Shown here in pieces: positions 22,250 to 34,583 of a stretch of 64,000 nt of DNA. Made by a program: the position numbers and the translations under genes. The first letter of the stretch is position 1; every line of letters starts with the position of its first letter. Source of the DNA: Squalus acanthias (taxonomy: Eukaryota); NCBI GenBank assembly GCA_030390025.1, contig CM059431.1:107200001-107264000 (forward strand), given 5' to 3'. Below the pieces are notes generated by a model, which made no database searches, was not told where the DNA came from, and saw nothing but the letters and a program-made list of their open reading frames with translations.

Positions 22250-22623
22250 GGTGGTGCTCCAAGGCCTGGTGGCATTGGCTGGGTCCTGAGGATTGCCATG
22301 TTATGCAGCATGCAGCACACAACTACGATGTTGGAAACTCGCTCAGGCGAGTACTGCAGGGCTCCTCCAGAATGGTCGAGACAGCGGAACCGTTGCTTGA
22401 GCACGCCAATTGTGTGCTCCACGATGTTCCTGGTAGCTTGATGGCTCTCGTTGTACCGCAGCTCAGCAGGGGTGTTGGGCGTACGGAGCGGTGTCATCAG
22501 CCAGGTGCTCAGTGGATACTCCTTGTCCCCGATAAGCCAACCAACTGGCTGATGCAGTGCCTCGAAAAGTTCTGCCACAGTAGTCTGGCGCAGGACGACG
22601 CCCCCCATCAGTGCAGCCCCCAT
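22120..22623 (-). pseudogene. Internally deleted HARBI1-like DDE transposase (C-terminal half, open frame)
   Basis: [18 protein letters not shown]...[26 protein letters not shown]...CCMLHN. The N-terminal helix-turn-helix region and first catalytic Asp region are absent, and GDxGY reads GDKEY. Confidence 0.88.
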
Positions 22624-23391
22624 ATCTCTTAGCAAGCAAAGTTATGAAGGCCAGAAACCAAAGTACCAGCGAAGTTAGGATGAGTAGCGAAAAGTACCTC
22701 ACACACCGTTGACTCAATGCAGAAGTCTCTCTTTCTCTCTCTCCGAATCTCTCTCTCTCTCTCAGAACGAGTGGTGCAAAAATGTCAACCACAGAGAAAG
22801 ACAGGAAGAGGCCCCCTTTAAATAGCGCCCCCCCCCAGCCCCACAGCGATTGTTAGCGTTCCACTCTTCCAGTCGTTGGATGCGCCAGGCGGTAAGGATG
22901 GGGGCGCCACTGAAATTCTGCTCCGGGGCGCCACAAGGGCGTTACACTCTCGTATGACGTCACAATCTGCGTGCGCAGGAGATCGCGGCGATAAAGTTTA
23001 GTGCCGCCGCAAAATGTATAGTTAAGTTCGCGAGCGGCGCAAACATCGCTGCGCCCGGGCGCTAGCTGCTTTGCGCCCCATTAGCGCCCTCTTAAGGCGC
23101 TAACGGGAGGCGCAACCAACTGAATTTTTCCCCCTGAGGGTTTTGTTAGAGTAAATGGGGAGAAAATGCTTCTACTGTCAGAAGGGTCGGTAACCAGAAG
23201 ACATAGATTTATGGTAATTTGCAGAATCAGAGGGGAGATGAGGAGAATTTTTTTTTATGCGGCGAGGTGTTATGATCCAGACTGCACTGCCTGAAAGGGT
23301 GGTGGAGGCAGATTCAATAGTAACATTCAAAAGAAAGTTGAATAAATATTTGAAAAGGAAAAAATTGCAGGGCTATGGGGAAAGAGCAGGG

Positions 23392-23922
23392 GATGTGGTC
23401 ATTGCTGGCAAGGCCAGCATTTATTGCCCATCCCTAATTGCCCTTGAGAAGGTGATGGTGAGCCGCCTTCTTGAACCGCTGCAGTCCATGTGGTGAAGGT
23501 ACTCCCACAGTGCAGTTAGGAAGGGAGTTCTAGGATTTTGATCCAGCAATGATGAAGGAATGGGGACAAAGATTCCAAGTCAGGATGGTGTGTGACTTGG
23601 AGGGGAACCTGGAGGTGGTGGAGTTCCCATGCGCCTGCTGCCCTTGTCCTTCCAGGTGGAAGAGGTCACGGGTTTGGGAGGTGCTGCCGAAGAAGCCTCG
23701 GCAAGTTGCTGCAGTGCATCTTGTAGATGGTACACGCTGCAGCCACGGTACACTGGTGATGGAGGGAGTGAATGGTTAAGGTGGTGGATGGGGTGCCAAT
23801 CAAGCGGGCTGCTTTGTCCTGGATGGTGTCGAGCTTCTTGAGTGTTGTTGGAGCTGCACTCATCCAGGCAAGTGGAGAGTATTCCATCACACTCCTGACT
23901 TGTGCCTTCTAGATGGTGGATA
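23392..23922 (-). mobile_element. 3' fragment of a CR1/L2-group LINE (MEYSPLAW family)
   Basis: MEYSPLAWMSAAPTTLKKLDTIQDKAARLIG. Same family as 39505-40228, 57020-57090 and 61430-61675. Confidence 0.8.
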
Positions 23923-24397
23923 GCTCTTTCAAAGAGTCGGCACAGGCACAATGGGCCGAATACCCTCCTTCGGCCCTGTACGATTCTATGATTCTGTGAA
24001 CTGCTTCATCAGATGTGATGCAATCTCATAGTTAACCAATATTCTTTTAAAAATTTTCCAATTGCTTGCCAGATTATCTGCCATTTCTAGTGTTGTGGCA
24101 ATCATTCTGAATAAAAGATTTGCAGGCCTGTGGCGTGATTGCATTCCCAGTGCTAAAATGTTAGTCTTTATTTTAAATGACTTTTATGGCTGATACAGTA
24201 GCAGAAAGCAAGTTACAGTCAAATTAAAAAAAAATGCAGGACCAGTAATGAAATACAGTAATTGCTTACAGATTAAGTAGTGTTGATGGGTAGAATTTTC
24301 AATCAGATCTACTGAACGCACAGGCAACAGTCAGGCAAGTGAGGATTAGAGAATCGAACAAGAAGGCTTTAGACCTACATCTCATCTGATTGATAAC

Positions 24398-25127
24398 TAG
24401 GGTTGCCAACCCTCCAGGATTGCCCTGGAGTCTCCAGGAATTAAAGATTAATCTTCAGGACACATGTTGGGAGCAAAGAAAGACTTGCATTTATATAGCG
24501 CCTTTCACAACCACCGGACATCTCAAAGTGCTTTACAGCCAATGAAGTACTTTTTAAGTGGAGTCACTGTTGTAATGTAAATGCAGCAGCCAATGTGCAC
24601 ACAGCAAGCTCCCACAAACAGCAATGTGATAATGACCAGATAATCTGTTGTTTTTTTTTATGTTGGTTGAGGGATAAACATTGGCCCCAGGACACCGGGG
24701 AGAACTCCCCTGCTCTTCTTTGAAATAGTGCCACGGGATCTTTTACATCCACCCGAGAGAGCAGACGGGGCCTCGGTTTAACATCTCATCCGAAAGACGG
24801 CACCTCTGACAGTGCATCGCTCCCTCGGCACTGCACTGGAGTGTCAGCCTAGATTTTTGTGCTCAAGTCCCTGGAGTGGGAATTGAACCCACAACCTTCC
24901 GACTCAGAGGCAAGTGTGCTACCCACTGAGCCCCAGCCAGGAGAAAAAAAATCACAGAAGAGTTAAAGAAAGTGTTTTTTTCCCTCCACCATTTTCTTTT
25001 AACACTTTTGCTTATTAGCTATGAATAATACCGGAGGGGGGGTGGGGAAAGGATATTTAACGGGACGGGGCAGGAGGTCATGTGATGAAACCTCCAGGAT
25101 TATGTCCAACCAGAGTTGGCAAGCCTA
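24398..25127. mobile_element. hAT-like MITE interrupted by a SINE
   Basis: TIR TAGGGTTGCCAAC / GTTGGCAAGCCTA. No clear 8-bp TSD. Confidence 0.6.
24476..24937 (-). mobile_element. Full-length Deu-domain tRNA SINE
   Basis: Reverse complement of the SINE family at 12262 and 38025. Confidence 0.9.
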
Positions 25128-25487
25128 CTTACTCATAAGCCATGTGAGTTCCCTGCCAGTAAAACAAAGGAGGTGAGAAAGCTCTTTCACAAAGCATGTG
25201 GAACCTCAATAAAACCCTGAATTTGAAGGCGATTGATGCTAATAGCAGTGAATTCCATGTGCATTTTGTTGGAAATATTGACCATCTTTTACACCCATTT
25301 AAAATGTAGGCTGGAAGGAAAGAATCTTCTGGCCGTTGAGGCCTTGTTTCTTACAAGTGCGTTGTGTTGTTTTTCATGTGAGTTGAATTTTGTGTGCAGT
25401 GTTTTTTTTGGATTCTTTTGTCGCATTCTCACTGTAGCATTAGTTTCAGAGAGATTTAGGTGTCCTCCTACAGGAAACACGGAAAGT

Positions 25488-26172
25488 TAGCATGCAGGTA
25501 CAGTAAGCAATCAGGAAGGCAAATGATATGTTGGCCTTTATTGCAAGGGGGTTGGAGTACAAGAGTAAGGAAGTATTGCTACAATTGTACAGGGCTTTGA
25601 TGAGACCACACCTGGAGTACTGTGTACAGTTTTGGTCTCCTTATCTGAGGAAGGACATACTTGCCTTAGAGGCAGTGCAACAAAGGTTCACTAGATTGAT
25701 TCCTGGGATGAGAGGGTTGTCCTATGAGGAGAGATTGAGTAGAATGGGCCTATACTCTGTGGAGTTTAGTAGAATGGGAGGTGATCTCATTGAAACATAC
25801 AAGATTCTGAAGGGGATTGCCAGGGTAGATGCTGAGAGGTTGTTTCCCTTGGCTGGAGAGTCTAGAACTAGGGGGCATAGTCTTTGGATAAGGGGTCGGT
25901 CATTTAAGACTGAGATGAGGAGGAATTTCCTCAATCAGAGGGTTGTAAATCTCTGGAATTCTCTACCCCAAAGGGCAGTGGATGCTGAGTCATTAATATA
26001 TTCAAGGCTGAGATAAATAGATTTTTGGACTCTAGAGGAATCAAGGGATATAGAGATCGGGCGGGAAAGTGGAGTTGAGGTCGAAGATCAGCCATGATCT
26101 TATTGAATGGCGGAGCAGGCTCGAAGGGCCAAATGGCCGACTCCTGCTCCTAATTCGTATGCTTTTATGTTT
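25488..26172 (+). mobile_element. CR1 3' fragment
   Basis: ORF 25528..26016 (LEYCVQFWSP...) followed by a 3' tail. Confidence 0.9.
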
Positions 26173-26446
26173 TTTTCTGCATCTGCTTGGCCCTTTTTTG
26201 CTCCTCGATTTTCCCACTAGAGTATTGCTGCAAGTTTAGTCACGGCAATCAGAAGCTATTTCAAGCTGTGTGAAGAGGATTTCTTCCTGTTGCCTCCCTT
26301 TTCCGGCAGCTGCAGGATTCCTGGCTGTTATAACATTCCCTGCTCCGCAGTTCTGCCTGTTGCAACCTTGTAACTGTCTTACAGAGAACCGCACAAGAGC
26401 ACCGAAACGTGCGGCTCTCCATGAGGTAGCTCCTGGTCGCCATTTT

Positions 26447-26632
26447 GCATTCATAGCTGCATGTAAGGGGAAGCTTGATAAGTACATGAGGGAGAAAGGA
26501 ATAGAAGGATATGCTGATAGGGTGAGATGAAGAGAGGTGAGAGGAGGCTCGTGTGGAGCATAAACACCGGCACGGACCAGATGGGCCGAATGGCCTGTTG
26601 CTATGCTGTAAAATTCTATGGAATTCTATGTA
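26447..26632 (+). mobile_element. CR1 3' tail fragment
   Basis: KGKLDKYMREKGIEGYADRVR followed by an attctatg tail. Confidence 0.75.
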
Positions 26633-27353
26633 ACTGAGGGTGGGATTTCCTCTGGGGATTCAGTGTACCTGAGCCTGGACAGGCAGAGCAACTTTCAGTG
26701 CTCTGGAAAGAGAGGCCGGAGCAATTTCAGGACCAAACAGCTCTTATCTTTGCAAAATGTTTTTCCTTACTTGAGCAGCAGCCAATATTTTCTCTGAGGA
26801 GAAACAGGCAGAACAGAAATGTAAAATGGGAAGAAAGGAAAGCCAAAGGGCTGATCCCATAATCCTACGCTTCCAGCAGCGAGTGTTGGTTGAAGATAGG
26901 GCTGAACCTTATTACGCCATTTCTCCCTGTAAGCAAGGTCCCTTTTGGGACTGCGGAATCACCCCCATCCATATGAAAGGCTGGATATGCCAATTATGAA
27001 TTAAATTAAATTATTTCAGGAGCTGTATGCAAGAAGCTTTGGAGTAAGCAGAGAGATAATGTTAGATGTATGCCAAATAGCAAATCCAGCTCTGGTCTCA
27101 GACTGCAGGGTCTTTCCAGATACAATAATATTGTTCAATGCAACATGCACTCAGGAAGCGACAGATGCACCGTACCGCAGGCCACTGCCTCACTTAGTTC
27201 CACTGCTATTTGTCCCGAAGGTATTCAGCACATCTCCAACAATGGCTTCTCCTATCACTCCTGCATGGAGACCCCTGAAATACCCCAAGGTTCCAGCTCT
27301 AGCTCCCTCCTTTTCCTCACTTACTCTTGTGCAGATGTTATCTCCATGAATGG

Positions 27354-27745
27354 GGTCAGCCGTGGCTCAGTGGGTAGCACACTCGCCTCTGAGTCAGAAG
27401 GCTATAGATTCAAGTCTCACTCCAGAAACTTGCAACACAAAAATCTAGGCTGACACCCCAGGGGAGTGCTGCACCATCTAAAGGTGCTGTCCTCCAGATG
27501 AGAGCTTAAACCAAGGTCCCATCTACCCTCTCAGGTGGATGTAAAAGATCCCACAGCAGTATTTTGAAGAAGAGCAGGGGCCTTTTGCCCAGTGTCCTGG
27601 CCAACATTTATCCCTCAATCAACATCACTAAAATAGATCTGGTCATTATCTCATTGCTATTTGTGTGCGCAAATTGGCTGCCGTGTTCCCTACCTTACAA
27701 CAGTCATGAAAAGCACTATATAAATGCAAGCCTGTCTTTCTTTTC
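27354..27745 (+). mobile_element. Deu-domain tRNA SINE with internal deletions
   Basis: Head gtcagccgtggctcagtgggtagcac, plus core and tail. Confidence 0.85.
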
Positions 27746-28017
27746 TTTCAGTTTCCGTATGCATTACTGATAGACATGTGAACAGGCCACGTCTGTCTTT
27801 TCTTTTTCTGGTTGTTTCTGCATTTTACTTACAAGGGAAACAGCAACAAGAGCAAGAGCGAGGTAACAGCAGCAGAGGACAGTATGAGATAATCAGCAAG
27901 AGAAAGAGAGAACAATCTGAGTCACAGCAACAAGAGGCTGAGGAGCAACAAAGAGAACAATATAAGAGGAACAGCAAGAAGTGTTTATAGCAAAAGAGAT
28001 AGCAAAGTGAGGGGACC

Positions 28018-28655
28018 AACAACAACAACAACTTGTATTGATATAGCGCCTTTAACGTAGTAAAATGTCCCAAGGCACTTCACAGGATTATTATAAGACA
28101 AAAAAAAATGATACCGAGCTACATAAGTATAAATTAGGGCAGGTGACCAAAAGCTTGGTCAAAGAGGTAGGTTTTAAGGAGTGTCTTAAAGGAGGAAAGA
28201 GAGGTAGAGGGGCGGAGAGGTTTAGTCAGGGGATTCCAGAGCTCAGGGCCTAGGCAACAGAAGGCACAGCCACCAATGGTTGAGCGATTATAATCAGGGA
28301 TGCTCAAGAGGGCAGCATTAGAGGAGCGCAGATATCCCGGGGGGTTTTGGGGCTGGAGGAGATTACAGAGATAGGGAGGGCCAAGGCCATGGAGGGATTT
28401 GAAAACAAGGATGCAAATTTTGAAATCGAGGCATTGCTTAACCAGGAGCCAATGTAGGTCAGCGAGCACAGGGGTGATGGGTGAACAGGACTTGGTGAGA
28501 GTTAGGACACGGGCAGCCGAGTTTTGGATGATCTCAAGTTTATGTAGGGTAGAATGTGGGAGGCCAGCCAGGAGTGCGTTGGAATAGTCAAGTCTAGAGG
28601 TAACAAAGGCATGGATGAGGGTTTCAGCAGCAGATGAGCTGAGGCAAGGGCAGAG
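28018..28655 (-). mobile_element. L2 LINE 3' fragment within an AG/CAG-rich low-complexity tract
   Basis: AETLIHAFVTSRLDYSNALLAGLP...LEIIQNSAARVLT...LHWL, with a (TTG)n tail. Confidence 0.9.
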
Positions 28656-30507
28656 ATGGAGATGGACCAGCAACAAGAAGCAGAGAGACAGCATGAACAG
28701 AGGCAGCAGTGTGAGAGGAACAGCAACCGAGAGAGAATAAGAAAAAGTTTTTTCCATCTATCTTATCAAGCCTTGCTTCACATGCAGAGAACTGGTGTTT
28801 GGTAGAAAAATCGAGCTATTGCAGTTTCGCACACATAAAAACAACAGTTGGTTAATCAGATATTGCAACACATGGAGTGTGCTAAATTTACAATGCATCT
28901 GGTATATCCTATTGATAGTTTGTTTTTAATCTTAGTTGTTTGAATATAAATTTGTGAGTTTCGTTCCAGTAACACTTCATACAGTTAGACAGTATTTTTT
29001 TAAATGTGTAAAATTCAGCTCCCCCTCCCCCTCAAGTCAGGCACTCGAGATATTGAACGGGTTAACTCCTTGCATCAAGATCCTACCCAAAGATTCTTCT
29101 TTGCCCTGCCTAACTCTCTATCACTGAATCATAATGTGGAGGTCTCCCTCTATCTCATGATTTGAAAATGAGCTTCCTCCACTTTCCTCTTTCAGCTATT
29201 TCCTGGCCATGCTTTACTCTCTACACCTCTTCCTTTCCTCCAAACATATCCCTTTCTACCTACCCTGCTACTGCAATATTTCCCATTCCATCTCTCTTCC
29301 CCACACAATATCCCCTGCCTATCTTATCTCCTGCCACTGTCCCAGGCTCAAGTCCTCCTTCAACGACCTCCCTCTGCTCTTAGCTTGGCATTTTCTGCAT
29401 GCCCGGTGTGGCATCCATCTCTAGCTTACCTAAAGCAGCAATGCCAACTGGCTGATCAGCAAAGGTGGCAGATCCAATGGCTCCCATCAGATCCAGAAAG
29501 CCCCGAGAGAATGTCTCCCGTAACCTGGCCTCAAGTGTCTGAAATATGAGGTCAATGGACCAAATTGAGACTCCTGTCACATGCCGCATATCCGATAGGA
29601 GGAATTGCAAGGTTTGTATGTGGGTACAAACAATGGGCATCCTTTTTTCCATTGCCAGACCCATGAGCTCTGAGTTTCCTGTCTCCGCAGCCAAGGAAAA
29701 GGCATCCACGCATACTCTGCTGGGAAAAGCCTCAGTAAATCACTTCTCCTCCAGCTCCTGCATTCTCAGTGAGTCACCTGGTTTGATATCTTCATCCAAG
29801 AGCAAGTAGGGCTTAAAAATATTCTGATATGTATCAGAATATTGTAAGTCTCCCCATGGACCTGGAATTATCTATTTTATTTGCTGGGGCAAGTGTAAAT
29901 CTATTTTGATTAAATCCAACTCAATTGCTAGGAAGGTTAATGAGTTGGACAAGCCTTCTGTTTTCTCTTGGGCAGTGCAGGGATGCCATGTTGTGTTCCT
30001 TTGTCATGGGGAGAAAGACAAATGGGAGAGCATTGTGTTGTTAGTTCCAATACAGGAAATGAACTACATAGTGTGATAGATGTTTTGTGTTTGTTTCACT
30101 ACTTGATTGATGAACATACTTGTACTATGCAAGGTGTGGCAAACTCCACTGAAAAACAATTGCCAACAAAAGGAGCCCTCGAACTGCAAATTACACAGGG
30201 GGAAATTGCTTTCCACAATTGTCAACTGAATTTCACTGTTTGTTATGAGGGCACCAGTTCTGTAGGACTAGGATACACAGACTGGGTGATTTTGGGCATA
30301 TTTGCTGCATATATTCTGGGGTTAAATTGTTCAAAGGCGAAAGAAAGTCCAAGGGAAAAATTTATTTCCCAAAGTACTCCCTAATTTTACAGAATAAACT
30401 AACATTTTTATCAAAGTTGGTTGACGTTTTGTTACCTGAATACAAAGTTCAAATAGTGGGCAGCTTTTAGCAACATCACTGAGTGAAAATGCTGATAGAA
30501 AAACTAT

Positions 30508-32250
30508 GGGCTGGATTTTACCAACCTTGGCGGCTTCGTGGCGGGCGACGTCAGTGGCGGGTCCCGGCCTCGCTGCCGGCTCCGGCCCACTGTCCAAAAT
30601 AATTGGGCTTGTTAAGCCCACCCAGCGAGTTTCCCGGCCAATTGAAGGAAGCGGGTCTGATGAAGTCATTCGATGACGCGTCATCAACCAGTTTCCTTAA
30701 AGGGACCACGCGTAAATAAATGTTGACATTCGTGTTCTACAGCATTGAGGTGCTGTAAACGCGGATGGGCACTGCACAGAGGTGCACGGCTGCACCCAGG
30801 CTCTCCCTTGACTCCCTCCATATGCTTATGGAAGGAGTCACAGCACGCAGGGAGGTTCTCTTCCCTTCCAATGGGCAGAAGAGAACTCCCCAGCAGCCTG
30901 GTTGCACATTGCACAGCAGGGAAGTCATCAGGAGGATCAGGCTGCAGTGGCGCAAACCTTTCACTGATCTCAGTAGATCACGAAACATTAGTACAAAGCC
31001 ACACTCAACCTCATCCTGCTGTCCCACTCATCACATCCCCATCACTCTGCCTTCCCTATCCTACTCCTGCACATCCTTACTCACACCAACTTACCTTGCA
31101 CCTCCACCCATCCCTCTCTATCTACATTATCACATTCCCATCTCACTAGCCACCCCTCACACACACCCTTATCCTAGTCCAATCATACTAACTAACAACA
31201 CACAAGGGTAGGCACTTGTGTGTTTTAGCCAATGTTCATGTGAAGTTTCTGTTAATGTGCTGTCAAACATTGAAAACTTTATTTTCAATGCTTTGCGTTC
31301 TTGGACAGATTTGTTTGAACCTTTGGAAGTGGCTTATTGAGTTGCAGTGAATGGTGAGACATAATGGTAATCCCCTGCAATGGTGATGAGTGTGAAACAA
31401 ATAGCTTGGGCATTGCAGGGATGTTTTTTGGTGTTGGTGTGGGGTGGTGCCAACCCGGCGCATCATATGGCAGCCAGGGTGTACAGCGTCAAGTGAAGTA
31501 AATCTGACCATGGTGAGGCCATCCCTGGCATCCCGGGCAGCAATGTGCTCGGGTGCTGATGCCCTCTGTCCTGTGCAGCATCAGTTAATTGCAGAGAAGG
31601 TTGGTGTTGTTGTTGGTGCTGCTGGTGTGCCTGGTGCTGCTGGTGTTGGGGCTGATCGTGGTGAGATTCTGAGGACCAAAGTGAGTTAGTTTCAAGGGCA
31701 CTGATGCTGTTGCAATAGATGACAGGTGAACTTGAGATGACAGAAGCGATCTGTCAATGGCGAGAGAGTTTGTTCCAATGAGGTGACACTGGATAGAGAG
31801 TTTGCTCCAAACACTTGCAAACTGCATAAAGCTCAATCTGTGTTCCAAATGCAGTAAACAACAGCTTCTGAGCTTGGAAAGTGAACAGATGTGAAATGAG
31901 AGCTTCTATAGCACATTTGCAGCTGCCAAGTAATGCGATGATTCCATGGCCATACAACTCCCGACCTGCTTACCTGACATGATCCCTGAGCAGCGTGGAC
32001 CCCATGAGTGACCTCATAAAATGTGAAGGTGAGCTCAAAATACTTCTTAATGGGCTGTTAACAAGGTCATAATGACCTGAATTGCCTTCCCTGCCGCTGC
32101 ATGTCGGGTCTGTTCAGCATTGACAGACCCGACATCTGGGAAAGGCGTGTGGTGGCGGGCTGACAGCGGGGTCCCGATCTGTTGTGATAAAAAAATTTCC
32201 CACCCGACACACCAACGAATGCGCCCGCTGACCCCCGAAAAATTCCTCCC
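30508..32250. mobile_element. Harbinger deletion derivative, copy 2 (uninterrupted, 1.74 kb)
   Basis: GGGCTGGATTTT / AAAATTCCTCCC ends, TSD TAT, colinear with 8555-12013. Confidence 0.88.
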
Positions 32251-32322
32251 TATGTTCCCAATCATTGCCTCGGTTCCTGAAGGTGGGTGGCTCTGAAACT
32301 GTTATCTTGAGAATCTAAAGTA

Positions 32323-32955
32323 ATCATAGAATCATACAGCACTGAAGGAGGCCATTCGGCCCATCGTGTCGCTGCCGTCTCTTTGAAAGAGCTATCCAAT
32401 TTTTCCCATAGCCCTGCAAATTTCTCCTTTTCAAGTGTATATCTGATTCTCTTTTGATAGTTAGTGTTGGATCTGCTTCCACTGCCCTTTCAGGCATTGC
32501 ATTCCAGATCATAAGAACATAAGAACATAACAAATAGGAGCAGGAGTAGGCCATTCAGCCCTTTGAGCCTGCTCCGCCATTCAATAAGGTCATGGCTGAT
32601 CTTCTACCTCAACTCCACTTTCCTGAACTATCCCCATATCCCTTGATTCTCTTAGGGCTGGATTTTGATACTGGGGTGGGTTGGGGTCGTGTCATCCGCT
32701 TTTCGTGACATCCACCCGACTGCAATTGGATGTGGGAGATTGATGCAATTTTCACCTAATTGGGCAATTGAGTTCCAGCATGTGGGAACCCATGAACCAA
32801 TTAGTGTTTTCAGTCTGAAAGTCGCCTCTGATGATGTCATCATTGCTGCTGCATTGAAGGTCTTCAGAGACTGCCTGGCCTTTGCTGTGAGAGGACCTGG
32901 ATGCAAAATGAGCAGTAGCAGTCCTAAGTCTGCTCCCAGATATTTTTACACCACC

Positions 32956-33001
<46 letters not shown>

Positions 33002-33645
33002 TGAGAATTTTGCATCCAGGTCCTCTCACAGCAAAGGCCAGGCAGTCTCTGAAGACCTTCAATGCAGCAGCATCAGAGGCAACTTTCAGAACTAATACTA
33101 CTACTACTACCTTCATCACATCTCCATTGTAATAGTGGACCTGCAGCTGATAGTCAGCTATCCAAATGTGCTCCCGCCAGGTTTCACAATCATGGTTCAG
33201 AACAGGCGTGCTTCACGTAGAACAAGGGTTAAAATCACAAAGGCCTTTCAAAATGGCATTATAGAGCCAATTTAGTGCTTGTTAAGGGCCTTAACAACCT
33301 ATCCCATCTCTTAAAGGCGGGACAGAGTCGGGACCAGCAGACACGATTTAATGAAAATTGCGCGGAGGCGGGATGGAGGCGGACTTGTGCCCGCCCGCCA
33401 GTTTTCCCAATTTTAACCCCCCACACGCCTCCAAACCCGCCTCCACGGGTCAATGAAAATCCAGCCCTTAGTATCCAAAAAATTATCGACCTCTGTCTTG
33501 AATATACTCAACAATGGAGTATCCACAGCTCTCCGTGGTAGAGAATTCCAAAGTTTCACCACCCTCTGAGTGAAGAAATTTCTCCTCATCTCAGTCTGAA
33601 ATGGCCGACCCCTCTTATCCTGAGACTGTGATTCCTGGTTCTAGA
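32323..33645 (-). mobile_element. Two adjacent CR1 3' fragments, the second split by a MITE
   Basis: Tails at about 32323 and 32510. CR1 sequence resumes at 33468. Confidence 0.8.
32655..33467. mobile_element. Harbinger MITE with TTA TSD, an internal 66-bp inverted repeat and (GA)n
   Basis: TIR GGGCTGGATTTT / AAAATCCAGCCC, TTA on both flanks, near-identical to 43224-43867. Confidence 0.9.
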
Positions 33646-34082
33646 ATCATAATAATTCGCTTAAGAGAGTGACTGCTGCCAACGAACTGGAAGTTACCGG
33701 AAGCTGCACAGAAGCATTTTGCGCATAAATGTTAACGTTAACCAATTCAACTTTTAATTTTTATTTTCTTCAGTTCGGCGGCAGCGATCTCTTTTCCCCT
33801 CCTTTCTCTCTCGTCAATCTCTGCGGGAAGTCCAGTGAGAACAACCAAACACACAGTGGAACTCCTAACAACTATTTTATTTTGTTGCCACCAGTCGCGC
33901 CCTTCGCTTAATAATGGCCCGTGTAATTTCCTATGGAGCTGCTCCAGATTGTAAGGCAGCAGTTCCCACCAGTGATATCACCAGAGCAGCTCAGCAGCAG
34001 CAGAGAGATGGCTCAATGGTCCTCATGCTGGAATGAAAGTTGACAGTTTTGCAATTACGTCAAGCATAATTTGCAAAATTGA

Positions 34083-34528
34083 GATGAGAGGTTGTCCTAT
34101 GAGGAGATACTGAGTAGATTGATCCTATACTCTCTGGAGGTTAATAGAATGAGAGGTGATCTCATTGAAATATATAAGATTCTGAGAGGGATTGACAGGG
34201 TAGATGTTGAGAGGTTGCTTCCCCTGGCTGGAGAGTCTAGAACTAGGGGGCATAATCTCAGGATAAGGGGTCGGCCATTTAGGACTGGGATGAGGAGGAA
34301 TTTCTTCACTCAGACGGTTGTGAATCTTTGGAATTCTCTACCCCAGAGGGCTGTGGATGCTGAGTCATTGAGTATATTCATGGCTGAGATCGATAGATTT
34401 TTGAACTCTATGGGAATCAAGGTATATGGGGATTGGGTGGGAAAGTGGAGTTGAGGTCAAAGATCAACCATGATCTTAGTGAATGTCGGAGCAGGCCTAC
34501 TCCTGCTACTAATTCTTATGTTCTTATG
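34083..34528 (+). mobile_element. CR1 3' fragment
   Basis: ORF 34092..34454 followed by a (ttcttatg)n tail. Confidence 0.9.
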
Positions 34529-34583
34529 TAATTCTGGTGTGACTAATATTTTATTCCATTATAAATGAACTTTAAACAAAAAG

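Larger units (their letters stand above)
19696..23134. mobile_element. PIF/Harbinger DNA transposon, 3.44 kb, with two convergent genes
   Basis: TIR GGGGAAAAATTCAGT / ACTGAATTTTTCCCC, TSD TGA (19693-19695 and 23135-23137), and GGCGC/GCGCC-rich subterminal repeats. Confidence 0.93.
19629..23997 (+). mobile_element. CR1 3' fragment split by the Harbinger element (19696-23134) and a second LINE (23392-23922)
   Basis: LGLFSLEQRRLSCDLIEVFKIV before 19696, continuing at 23135, with the tail at about 23925-23997. Confidence 0.8.

Noticed and set aside
27724..27990. Gln/Glu-rich ORF
   Set aside because: Translation of a low-complexity CAG/AG tract with no splice or domain support.
33774..33838. Exon after a strong-looking acceptor (LRRQRSLF...)
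   Set aside because: The phase-2 frame hits a stop, no donor is evident, and the region looks like a DNA-element remnant.
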